A DNA stretch of 64,000 nt from Candidatus Cloacimonadales bacterium (GTDB lineage: Bacteria; Cloacimonadota; Cloacimonadia; Cloacimonadales; JAFGVF01): contig OY782781.1 in assembly GCA_963678315.1 (NCBI GenBank), forward strand, positions 1,184,001 to 1,248,000, in the 5' to 3' direction. Of this stretch, positions 30,655 to 39,899 are shown in pieces (within the stretch, counting starts at the first letter, position 1; each line of letters opens with the position of its first letter). The notes under the pieces were generated by a model that searched no databases, was not told the origin of the DNA, and saw nothing but the letters and a program-made list of their open reading frames with translations. A program made the position numbers and the translations under genes.

Positions 30655-31344
30655 ATGAGAATAGCTGGATTACAGAAGTTTTCTATGATTGATTATGATG
30701 ATAAAATATGTGCAGTCGTTTTTACACAGGGGTGTAATTTATTCTGCCCATATTGCCATAACCCTAAGCTTGTTCCTATGCTTTCCGAAGATGCTTTACT
30801 AGTAGAGGAAGAGGTACTTGGTTTTCTTCAATCGAGGGTAAATAAACTTGATGGAGTGGTTATAACAGGAGGAGAACCTCTTTTGCAAAAGAATCTTATC
30901 CCATTTGTTGAGAAGTTAAAACAGATGGGTTATCTAGTAAAATTAGACACTAATGGAGTCAGACCAGATCTCTTAGAAAATATACTTAAGCTCAATATCT
31001 TAGATTATGTTGCAATGGATATTAAGACAGCACTGGATAAGTATGAACAAGTTGTAAAGGTTAAGGTTGCTCCTGAAACTGTAATCAAGTCTATCCAGTT
31101 GATAAAAGATTCAGCTATAAATCATGAATTTAGAACTACTCTTGTCGATGGCTTGATTTCAGAAGAAGATATTTATTCTTTAGTTAACTATATTCCCAAA
31201 GGATCTAGCTACTATCTTCAGAATTTTCAACCCTCTGAACACTTAGATTCTTCTTATAAGAATAGGGCAGGCTTCTCTGACGAAAGAATGGAGCATTTGA
31301 AATATAGATTACAAGAAAAGAAAATTAATTTTAGATTAAGATAG
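30655..31344 (+). CDS. nrdG: Anaerobic ribonucleotide reductase activating radical SAM protein
   Basis: GLQKFSMIDY, GCNLFCPYCHNP, VITGGEP, KLDTNG, EFRTT. Confidence 0.85.
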   Translation: MRIAGLQKFSMIDYDDKICAVVFTQGCNLFCPYCHNPKLVPMLSEDALLVEEEVLGFLQSRVNKLDGVVITGGEPLLQKNLIPFVEKLKQMGYLVKLDTNGVRPDLLENILKLNILDYVAMDIKTALDKYEQVVKVKVAPETVIKSIQLIKDSAINHEFRTTLVDGLISEEDIYSLVNYIPKGSSYYLQNFQPSEHLDSSYKNRAGFSDERMEHLKYRLQEKKINFRLR

Positions 31345-31454
31345 AAATCAAGATTCGTTTAGGAAATATGATACTTAAGAAGCTATGCTAGTTTATTGTC
31401 AGCTTGAGCTTATCTCTTAACTTAGTATGAAACGTTTTTGATGTCTAACTGCTT

Positions 31455-31856
31455 CCTTACTGGTCTCCTTGAAAAAAAGCCGATTTTTCAAGGGGGCAAG
31501 TAAGGAAGGAGTTAGAAGTGAGGAGTTAGAAGTGAGGAATTAGAATATCCATAAAACCCCGAAGGGGTGGCATATACTAAGCATGGAGGCTTGCCCTCCA
31601 TGTAATAGTTAAAAAATAAAAAAAGCCCTGAAAGGGCGACATAAAGGCTAAGCTTTATCTGCAAACAGAGAAGTTTACCACGAAAAGCACGAATAACACG
31701 AAAAACAGTCAAATTATTTAGGACTGGACAGGGTGATTGCTGTATTAGACCTGAAAGGACGTCATGTATTAAGCCAGGGCCGTGTCAGGCCTTGACTGAG
31801 TCTTGTACCCCATGTAAATTAATATAAACAAATTGAGTCGCGAAAGGACGACATAG
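31455..31856 (+). repeat. Intergenic hairpin mosaic B
   Basis: Long hairpin, heptamer tandem GAGTTAG/AAGTGAG, core 31546-31730, and a second degenerate GAA-hairpin unit at 31747-31855. Confidence 0.9.
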
Positions 31857-31880
31857 CTTTAACCTTGTCTGTAATTTTTA

Positions 31881-31908
31881 TTGACATTATAGATTAAACA
31901 ATTATAAT
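31881..31908 (+). promoter_or_regulatory. Sigma70-type promoter
   Basis: TTGACA-N16-TATAAT. Confidence 0.7.
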
Positions 31909-31934
31909 AAAGAAACTAATTAAAAAGGTGTGAA

Positions 31935-32954
31935 ATGTCTAGTAAACTAATAGATAGATTAAATAATTCAGATAACAGTATTCCCATCATTGCTATCACA
32001 GGTTTGTGTAAAAATGCTGGAAAAACTTCATTACTAAATTGGATAGTTTCTAATATTCCTGACAATGAAGATGTTGTCTTGATGACAACGGGTAGAGATG
32101 GGGAAGATTTTGACCAAGTTGGAGGTCATGAAAAACCAAAAGTTCTAGTTCCTAAAGGAACTATATTTGTTACTCATGATGGTGTTCTAAGTCAGTTTGG
32201 AGAAAGAATAGAAGTTTTAGAAAAGACTGATTATAAAGCTGGTCCTTATCGAGTTTGGGTTGCAAGGGCACTTGACTCATTAAAGACTGAGATTATCGGA
32301 CCTTCAACAGCTAAAGAACAAATTGAATTAAGCCAAGAACTAAAAAAATATAAACCAGCTAAAATATTTATTGATGGTTCTTTAGACAGAAAGGCAATTA
32401 CCCTCCATCCAGAAGTAGATGAAATAATTGTTGTGTTAAGTGCGAATTTTGGTTCTATTGATAACAATATTGAAGAGCTTAGTCGCTTGCTATTGCTAAC
32501 ACAAATAAGAACTACTGAAACAAACAACATTGCTATTGAAAGCCTGTCACTAATAAAAGAAAATAAGATAATTAAATCTTGGGATAGTCTCTTAGGTAAC
32601 GAAGAAGAATTTGTTAAAGAAGTTAGAAAAGAGTGTCCAGAATACATCTTGATACCAGGAGTTGTAACTAACTCTGTATGGGAAAAAATTAGTAAGCAGT
32701 TAATTGATTTTGGTGGAGCAGTAATAGTGAACCATCCATATCAACTACAATTAAGAAAGTTTGAACTTGAACAGTTAATTAACACAGTGAATATAAAATG
32801 TGTACATGAATTTGAGATAAGTGGTATTGGAATAAACAGTTATTCAGTAAAAGGTAAACACTTGGACTCAGATTTATTTAGATCTCGTATCAGAGAATTA
32901 TGTGATTTGCCTATAGTCGATAGCATGGAGATATTAAATGAAATGTGTAAATAA
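31935..32954 (+). CDS. P-loop protein resembling KamB-like proteins of lysine-fermentation loci
   Basis: GLCKNAGKT, TGRDGE..D.V....KP, IIGP, IDGSLDRK. Confidence 0.55.
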   Translation: MSSKLIDRLNNSDNSIPIIAITGLCKNAGKTSLLNWIVSNIPDNEDVVLMTTGRDGEDFDQVGGHEKPKVLVPKGTIFVTHDGVLSQFGERIEVLEKTDYKAGPYRVWVARALDSLKTEIIGPSTAKEQIELSQELKKYKPAKIFIDGSLDRKAITLHPEVDEIIVVLSANFGSIDNNIEELSRLLLLTQIRTTETNNIAIESLSLIKENKIIKSWDSLLGNEEEFVKEVRKECPEYILIPGVVTNSVWEKISKQLIDFGGAVIVNHPYQLQLRKFELEQLINTVNIKCVHEFEISGIGINSYSVKGKHLDSDLFRSRIRELCDLPIVDSMEILNEMCK

Positions 32955-33834
32955 ATCTGTAACTTTGGGGTTAATTACTAATGTTATTTTTGCAGTAATG
33001 AAGACCCTTATAGGTATTTATGGAAGGTCTCAAGCTTTAATTGCTGATGGCATAAATTCTACTTCTGATGTAGCCTATTATTTAGCCGTTTCTATATTCA
33101 TGAAAAAGTCTAATAAGCCAGCAGACAAAGAGCATCCTTATGGTCATAAACAGTTAGATAATATTGCAGCTATAGTAGTTGGGGCTTTTATTATAACAAC
33201 AGGTGCAACTATATTCTGGAATGCAATAACCACAGTTTATGAGATATTTAGTGGTTCTTATCAAGAATCAAGCAAACCTTTATTTCCTTTAATAGTAGCT
33301 GGAATTACTATAATTACAAAGATGTTCCTATATTTGGATGCTAAGAGCACATATGGTAAGTCTAAAAATCCAACAATACGAGCATTGATGAATGACCATA
33401 TAAATGATTTAATGGCTTCAATTGCTGTATTAGTCAGTTTAGTTATTACTATGATAAATTCTGGTTTATCTTGGGTAGATCCAATCGCATCTTGCTTAGT
33501 AGCTGGATTTATTCTGAAAACAGGCTTTGAAATTATTATTGATTCTTCTAACGAACTTATGGACTCAATACCAGATAACGACTTTGCTCGTCAGATTGAA
33601 AAGATAATTTTGAACCACAGCAATGTCTTTGGTATCACCCATATTGGGGCACATAAGTATGGACCAACTTATGTAATTAATATTACTATTGAAGTTGAAC
33701 CTAGCTTGTCAATTGCTCAAGGGGATATTATTTGTGATAAAATCGAAAACGACCTCTTAAGCAAGTTTGAAGAGTCAGTAAAAAAAGTAAATATACACTT
33801 TCACCCACCTAAGGAAAATAAAACAAGTCTCTAA
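32938..33834 (+). CDS. Cation diffusion facilitator (CDF) transporter
   Basis: SQALIADG, KPADKEHPYGH, DH.ND, DP.A, C-terminal IHFHP. Confidence 0.9.
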   Translation: MKCVNKSVTLGLITNVIFAVMKTLIGIYGRSQALIADGINSTSDVAYYLAVSIFMKKSNKPADKEHPYGHKQLDNIAAIVVGAFIITTGATIFWNAITTVYEIFSGSYQESSKPLFPLIVAGITIITKMFLYLDAKSTYGKSKNPTIRALMNDHINDLMASIAVLVSLVITMINSGLSWVDPIASCLVAGFILKTGFEIIIDSSNELMDSIPDNDFARQIEKIILNHSNVFGITHIGAHKYGPTYVINITIEVEPSLSIAQGDIICDKIENDLLSKFEESVKKVNIHFHPPKENKTSL

Positions 33835-34032
33835 ATGCAAACATAAGGCAATATTTACTTGACTGAAAGAAGATAAAACAAAAAATCCTTGCATATTTCT
33901 TCAAAATTTAAGAAATTGTATCTGTTATAAAATAGGTAACATAAACTCATTAAATTAGATTTGTTGAGTTGTGATTTAGATAGTTCTGCATTGTTAATCA
34001 ATAGTAGAACAAAAGAATTTTAGGAGTATTTA

Positions 34033-34992
34033 ATGAATATATTAATAACTGGTGGAGCTGGATTTATAGGTTCTCATTTAGCAGAGAAACTTCTAGCTCA
34101 AGGAAATAGAGTTGTAGTCTTAGATAACCTATCAACAGGTTCTCTAGATAACGTAAAACATCTAAGAAATAACGATAAATTTGAATTGCATATTGGTTCA
34201 ATCCTCAATGCAGAATTACTAGAATCATTAGTTAAAGAATGTGACATTGTTTATCACATGGCTGCAGCAGTAGGTGTTAAATATATTATAGAAAACCCTT
34301 TATTATCTCTTAGAACTAATATAGTCGGAACTGAGAATGTTCTTGAGTTTGCTCATAAATACAGATGCAAAGTATTAGTCGCTTCTACTTCTGAAATCTA
34401 TGGTAAAAGTGATAATATTCCTTTCTCTGAAGAAGATGACAGGCTTCTTGGCTCAACTCATATCAGTAGATGGGGATATAGTACAGCTAAAGCAGTTGAT
34501 GAATTCTTAGCTCTTGCATATCACAGAGAAAAGAAACTTCCTGTGGTTATAGTTAGATTATTCAATACTGTGGGTCCTAGACAGACAGGCCAATACGGAA
34601 TGGTGATTCCTAAGTTTATTAAAGCAGCCTTGTTAGATCAACCAATCGTTATCTATGGTACAGGAAAGCAAAGCAGATGTTTTACAGATGTAGATGATGT
34701 TTCTGATGCCTTGATAAAATTAATGGCTACACCAAAGTGTGAAGGTAAAATCTTTAATGTAGGTTCAACAGAATCAATCTCTATTGAAGAGCTTGCTCAA
34801 AAGATTAAAAAGGCAGCGAAGAGTCATTCAAAAATTGAATATATGGCTTATGAAGATGTATTTGAAGATGGTTTTGAAGACATGATGAAAAGAATGCCCG
34901 ATATCTCTAAAATAGAAAAGTATATAGGCTATAAAAGAAAACACAATCTAGATAAAATTATTGATAGAGTAATCACATATTATGAATCGTAG
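34033..34992 (+). CDS. NAD-dependent nucleotide-sugar epimerase/dehydratase
   Basis: TGGAGFIGSH, STSEIYG, YSTAK, RLFNTVGPRQ. Confidence 0.9.
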   Translation: MNILITGGAGFIGSHLAEKLLAQGNRVVVLDNLSTGSLDNVKHLRNNDKFELHIGSILNAELLESLVKECDIVYHMAAAVGVKYIIENPLLSLRTNIVGTENVLEFAHKYRCKVLVASTSEIYGKSDNIPFSEEDDRLLGSTHISRWGYSTAKAVDEFLALAYHREKKLPVVIVRLFNTVGPRQTGQYGMVIPKFIKAALLDQPIVIYGTGKQSRCFTDVDDVSDALIKLMATPKCEGKIFNVGSTESISIEELAQKIKKAAKSHSKIEYMAYEDVFEDGFEDMMKRMPDISKIEKYIGYKRKHNLDKIIDRVITYYES

Positions 34993-36421
34993 AATTCTAT
35001 TAGTAGTAACAGTTCTTCTTATTGTAAGCAGTTTATTCTCATTACCAATTAATGTTTCTATTGTTGGTTCTGTTGATAATCCAGGGGTTTATGTCTTTGA
35101 TTCAAATAATAGACTATCCCAAGCAGTACAATTTATAGAGTTAAGCAGTTTACAGAGTATTGGAAGCGAACTTCAGTCAGATAAAGCTGAAATGCTAGTT
35201 GATGTTGAGAATAATCAACAGCTATCAGGTAGTTTAAAAGCAGATATGATTGCAGAAACCAATATGAAAAAGATTGAAGGTTTAGAACAAGCCAGAGAAT
35301 TAAAAAGTACATTGGGACAAGAAGAATATATTATTCCAGAGATATCTTATAGGAAAGTTGTCTTAATCAGAAATGGGGAAGAGAAAGAGATTAATCTTTT
35401 GAACTTCTTTTTGACAGGTAGCTTGGAAAATAACCCTTACCTACTCAATGAAGATGTTATTAAACTATTCCCAGTGGAAAGAAGTGTTCAAATTCAAGGA
35501 GCTGTTAATAAAGCAGGTACAATTGAGTTTGTAGAAGGAGAGAGACTCTCTGATGCTGTTAAGTATGCTTTTGGTTTTAAGCTTTCTGCAGATATTAGTC
35601 ATGTTCTAGTAGATAGATATTCTGAAGATGGGTCATTAACTAAAATCTATGTTGATTACACAGCTGTGAAAGAGAATATTGATTCAGAACAAAATATTAA
35701 ACTGCAACATAATGATAAGATTAGTGTGTTTGAAAAGACTTTCTACATTGAAGAGAAAATAGCAGAAGTCAGAGGATTAGTTAAATATCCTGGTGAATAT
35801 GCTATTGATGATAATTCAACATTATTGGATGTCTTGACTCAGGCTGGAGGTCCACTTAAAAGTGCGGACTTAAATTTTGCTATATTAATAGATAAAAATG
35901 TAGCGGATACATTCGATCCGGATTTAGAAAGGTTAATGAGCTTAAACATGGCTCTTATGTCCTCTAGCGAATACTCTTACTATCAATCTAAATTGAGAGA
36001 GATCTCAGGTAAACACTATGTTAACATAAAGAAGCTTTGGGAAACTAAAGATGAAAAGTATAATAGGCCGTTAAATAATGGCGATATTATTATTATAAAA
36101 GAAGCAGTACTTACAGTTAATATCTCTGGTGCTGTGTTTAATGCTGGACTGCAACCATGGGAAGAAGGAAAAACTTGGGAAGAATATGTAACTTCTGCAG
36201 GTGGACTTATTCCTTCTGCCTATGAAAGCAAAGCAAAGGTTATACGATATCAGTCAGGTGTTTGGATAGACCTAGAAGATGACACTCCTATTTATCCTGG
36301 AGATGAAGTCTTTATTCCTGAACACAAAGATAGAACTACATGGGATTATGTTGTGGAAGGTTTGGCTATCACAGCACAGGTTATGACAATCATATTGGGT
36401 GTTCATACCCTTACTAAATAA
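34982..36421 (+). CDS. SLBB-domain polysaccharide export protein (Wza-like)
   Basis: Repeated V.G.V..PG motifs, AGG, PIYPGDEVFIP, C-terminal amphipathic helix. Confidence 0.8.
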   Translation: MNRRILLVVTVLLIVSSLFSLPINVSIVGSVDNPGVYVFDSNNRLSQAVQFIELSSLQSIGSELQSDKAEMLVDVENNQQLSGSLKADMIAETNMKKIEGLEQARELKSTLGQEEYIIPEISYRKVVLIRNGEEKEINLLNFFLTGSLENNPYLLNEDVIKLFPVERSVQIQGAVNKAGTIEFVEGERLSDAVKYAFGFKLSADISHVLVDRYSEDGSLTKIYVDYTAVKENIDSEQNIKLQHNDKISVFEKTFYIEEKIAEVRGLVKYPGEYAIDDNSTLLDVLTQAGGPLKSADLNFAILIDKNVADTFDPDLERLMSLNMALMSSSEYSYYQSKLREISGKHYVNIKKLWETKDEKYNRPLNNGDIIIIKEAVLTVNISGAVFNAGLQPWEEGKTWEEYVTSAGGLIPSAYESKAKVIRYQSGVWIDLEDDTPIYPGDEVFIPEHKDRTTWDYVVEGLAITAQVMTIILGVHTLTK

Positions 36422-36442
36422 TATATGTTTTAGGAGCTAACG

Positions 36443-37549
36443 ATGAAAGTTGATTTATTAGATTTAAACGCACAATACGAAAATATACTTCCAAAAATCA
36501 AAGAAGAAATAAACAATGTACTCGAAACACATAAATATATTTTAGGACCTCAAGTTAAAGAGTTTGAGGGTAAAGTTCAAGACTACTTAGGTGCTAAATA
36601 TGCAATTGGCTGTTCTTCAGGAACTGATGCGCTTGTTTTAGCTTTAAAAGCTTTAGAAGTGGGTCCTGGTGATGAAGTTATTACAACTCCTTTTACTTTC
36701 TTCGCTACTGCAGGATCAGTAGCAAGAGTTGGAGCTACTCCTGTTTTTGTAGATATTAAAAGTGATACATTTAATATTGATCCTGATAAAATAGAAGCTG
36801 CGATTACCGATAAAACAAAGGTTATTATGCCGGTTCATTTATTCGGTCAAGCTTCAGAAATGGACAAGATTATGGCTATTGCTAAGAAACATAATCTAAG
36901 AGTCATTGAAGATAATGCCCAAGGTATTGGAGCTAAGTTTGATGGTAAATGTGCAGGAACTATTGGAGATATAGGAACCTTATCATTCTTCCCAAGTAAG
37001 AACTTAGGTTGCATGGGTGATGGTGGAATGTGTTTAACTAATGATGAACAACTTGCTAAAGACTTAGCTCAATTAAGAAAGCATGGAGAAAATCCGAAAT
37101 ACTTCCATAAGTGGGTTGGCTTGAACAGCAGACTTGATACTATCCAAGCAGCCGTACTTAATGTGAAAATAGATTATTTAGAGGGGTGGTCAGAACAGCG
37201 CAGAAATAACTCAAAGTTATACTATGAAATGCTAGCTGATGTCAAAGGTATAGAACTTCCATTCATTCACGAGAAAGCTCAAACTATCTATAATCAGTTT
37301 ACTTTGAAAGTAGAAAGAAGAGATGAATTAATGGCATTCTTAAAAGAGAATGAAATTGGTTGTGCTATCTACTATCCAAAACCACTTCATATCCAAGAAT
37401 GCTTTGAAGAATTAGGCTATAAAGAAGGTGATTTACCTGTTTCTGAAGAGGTAGCTAAAAAGGTTCTTTCTATACCTATCTATTCAGAACTTCCACAAGA
37501 ACAACAGCTTTTCGTGATTGAAAAGATTAAAGAATTTTATACAAAATAA
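36443..37549 (+). CDS. DegT/DnrJ/EryC1/StrS sugar aminotransferase
   Basis: SSGTDAL, PVHLFGQ, EDNAQ, SFFPSKNLG..GDGG, NSRLD. Confidence 0.92.
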   Translation: MKVDLLDLNAQYENILPKIKEEINNVLETHKYILGPQVKEFEGKVQDYLGAKYAIGCSSGTDALVLALKALEVGPGDEVITTPFTFFATAGSVARVGATPVFVDIKSDTFNIDPDKIEAAITDKTKVIMPVHLFGQASEMDKIMAIAKKHNLRVIEDNAQGIGAKFDGKCAGTIGDIGTLSFFPSKNLGCMGDGGMCLTNDEQLAKDLAQLRKHGENPKYFHKWVGLNSRLDTIQAAVLNVKIDYLEGWSEQRRNNSKLYYEMLADVKGIELPFIHEKAQTIYNQFTLKVERRDELMAFLKENEIGCAIYYPKPLHIQECFEELGYKEGDLPVSEEVAKKVLSIPIYSELPQEQQLFVIEKIKEFYTK

Positions 37550-37563
37550 AAGGATTTTAAATT

Positions 37564-38346
37564 ATGAATATAATTGTATGTATTAAACAAGTTCCAGATA
37601 CTACAGAAATTAAAATTGACCCTGCTACAAATACACTTATTCGTGAAGGGGTTGAAAGTATCTTAAATCCATTTGATACTTACGCTTTAGAAGAAGCTCT
37701 CAGATTAAAAGAACAGCATGGTGGTAAGATAACTGCTCTTACAATGGGACCACCTCAAGCAGAGGCAATTCTTAAAGAAGCTATTTCTTTAGGTGTTGAT
37801 GAAATAATACTACTTTCTGATAGAAAGTTTGCAGGTGCTGATACTTGGGCTACAAGTAATGCTCTTGCTGCAGGTGCTAAGAAGATTGGTGATTATGATC
37901 TAATCCTTTTTGGGCAACAAGCTATTGATGGTGATACTGCACAGGTTGGACCTGGTGTTGCTACCCATTTGAATATTCCACAAACATGTTTTGTTAAGAA
38001 AATAGAGTCTTATGAAGATAACAAGATTACTTGTCAACGCTTGATGGAAGAAGGTTATGATGTTGTTGAAATGCAACTTCCTGCTGTAATCTCTGTTGTG
38101 AAAGAGATTAATATTCCAAGGTTACCTTCTCTTCGTGGTAAAAGAAATGCCCGTAAAGCAAGCCCAATAGTATGGACTGCTGATGATTTAGGTCTTGATG
38201 AAAAAGAGATTGGACTTAATGGTTCACCTACTCAGGTTGTTGAAATATTCTCACCTCAAATGAACAAGACTGGACAAATGTTCGAAGGAAGTCCAGAAGA
38301 AGCAGTTGATTTGATTGTAAAAAGCATAAAAGAAGCTTCTGTATAG
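37564..38346 (+). CDS. etfB: Electron transfer flavoprotein beta subunit
   Basis: VCIKQVPD, NPFD, DRKFAGADT, GQQAIDGDTAQVG, GSPTQV. Confidence 0.93.
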   Translation: MNIIVCIKQVPDTTEIKIDPATNTLIREGVESILNPFDTYALEEALRLKEQHGGKITALTMGPPQAEAILKEAISLGVDEIILLSDRKFAGADTWATSNALAAGAKKIGDYDLILFGQQAIDGDTAQVGPGVATHLNIPQTCFVKKIESYEDNKITCQRLMEEGYDVVEMQLPAVISVVKEINIPRLPSLRGKRNARKASPIVWTADDLGLDEKEIGLNGSPTQVVEIFSPQMNKTGQMFEGSPEEAVDLIVKSIKEASV

Positions 38347-38352
38347 ATTATT

Positions 38353-38380
38353 GGCTCGCATTGTGCGAGCCTTTTTATTT
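38353..38380 (+). terminator. Terminator after etfB
   Basis: GGCTCGCA-TTG-TGCGAGCC-TTTTT. Confidence 0.85.
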
Positions 38381-38460
38381 TGTTTAAAAGGGTTAAATTT
38401 AATCTTTTCTTTAGAATGTGGACAGGTCTACATTCTTAACTTATTTATGGAGTAATCGAT

Positions 38461-39273
38461 ATGATAACTTTTCCTGATATAAAACCATATATATTCAAAG
38501 CTAATATTGGAAGCTTTCCTCTTGAAATTAGATATTATGGACTTCTTTATCTAGTTAGCTTTGTTCTTGGTTATATTTTTGTTAAAAGAAACTTAAAATA
38601 CCGTGATATTAAAATCTCACGTGAGTTATATGATGATCTAATTTTTTCTATTGCTTTAGGAGTAATTATTGGTGGAAGAGTGGGTTATATGCTATTTTAC
38701 GCTTTTCCACAGTTTATTAGTAATCCTCTGACCATATTTCATGTTTGGGAGGGAGGAATGGCTTTTCACGGCGGGGCTTTAGGAGTAGTGATATCTAGCT
38801 ATATTTATTGTAGACGAAAGAAGATAAACTTCTTCGGAGCTGGTGATGCAGTTATGCCTTATGTGGCAGTGGGATTAGGCTTAGGAAGACTGGGTAACTT
38901 CATTAATGCTGAACTTTATGGTTCTCCAACCTCCTTACCATGGGGAGTCCTTTTCCCTGGTGAAACAATAGCAAGACATCCTTCTCAGCTGTACGAAATG
39001 TTACTAGAAGGTGTTTTAATGTATATTCTTCTACAGTGGATGCTTGTTAAGTCTAAAAGAGAAGGTATAGTCTTTTGGTCTTTCTTCATATTTTATGGGG
39101 TTGCAAGAATTCTAGTTGAGTTTGTAAGATTACCAGACCAGCTTCCATCATTATATCCTAATGGACTGCTATACGGATTTTTACCAATGTCTCAAGGACA
39201 GTTCCTATCTTCTTTTATGATTATAGCAGGTAGCTTAGGATTAATTTATACCTTTAGGAAGAAGCAAGCATGA
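38461..39273 (+). CDS. lgt: Prolipoprotein diacylglyceryl transferase
   Basis: YYG, GGRVGY, WEGGMAFHGG, GRLGNFINAELYG, HPSQLYE, EFVR.PD. Confidence 0.95.
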   Translation: MITFPDIKPYIFKANIGSFPLEIRYYGLLYLVSFVLGYIFVKRNLKYRDIKISRELYDDLIFSIALGVIIGGRVGYMLFYAFPQFISNPLTIFHVWEGGMAFHGGALGVVISSYIYCRRKKINFFGAGDAVMPYVAVGLGLGRLGNFINAELYGSPTSLPWGVLFPGETIARHPSQLYEMLLEGVLMYILLQWMLVKSKREGIVFWSFFIFYGVARILVEFVRLPDQLPSLYPNGLLYGFLPMSQGQFLSSFMIIAGSLGLIYTFRKKQA

Positions 39274-39899
39274 AAAAGCTACTAGTAATCTTTTTATTCT
39301 TAGCTATATTAGTAGGATGTTCAACCCATAAAGAGCTAACTATGGAAGAGAAAAAGACTAGGTTAAAGCAGAATCTTGCCCAACTGAATAGATTCCAAGC
39401 AACAGGTATCTTAGAAGTTAACTACAAGGAACTTTCTTTAAAGAAAGAATTCATTATGAAGAAGAATCCACAAGAAATAAGGTTTGATGCTATTAATAGC
39501 GGAGTAATGGCTCTCACAGTATCACCTTTTGCATCTGGGTATATTGGAGAAGAAGTCTATATTACTTCATATAATAACGAGACTTTTGAAGATGTAATTA
39601 TGCCTTTTGACCAAGTACAGCCATACTTGGATTTTGAATCCTTTACTCCCGCTGAAATCAACAATATCATTCAGACAAAGAGATTTGTTGTGGGAGAAAT
39701 GATAATGACTTTTAATGACTCTTATCAGGTAGCTACTTTTGAGTTGGATAATAAAGAAGTTAAGTTTATTTATAATAAGCAGAATATTCTGGATACTTTG
39801 ACAATTGATGATGATGAGGTTGATGCAAAGTTAGTTTTAGATACATTTAAAATTGGTGATTATAAGATTAATAAAATAAATAGGAGAAACCATGATTAA
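39270..39899 (+). CDS. Lipoprotein of unknown function
   Basis: Lipobox LVGC, beta-rich, overlaps both lgt and purB. Confidence 0.75.
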   Translation: MKKLLVIFLFLAILVGCSTHKELTMEEKKTRLKQNLAQLNRFQATGILEVNYKELSLKKEFIMKKNPQEIRFDAINSGVMALTVSPFASGYIGEEVYITSYNNETFEDVIMPFDQVQPYLDFESFTPAEINNIIQTKRFVVGEMIMTFNDSYQVATFELDNKEVKFIYNKQNILDTLTIDDDEVDAKLVLDTFKIGDYKINKINRRNHD

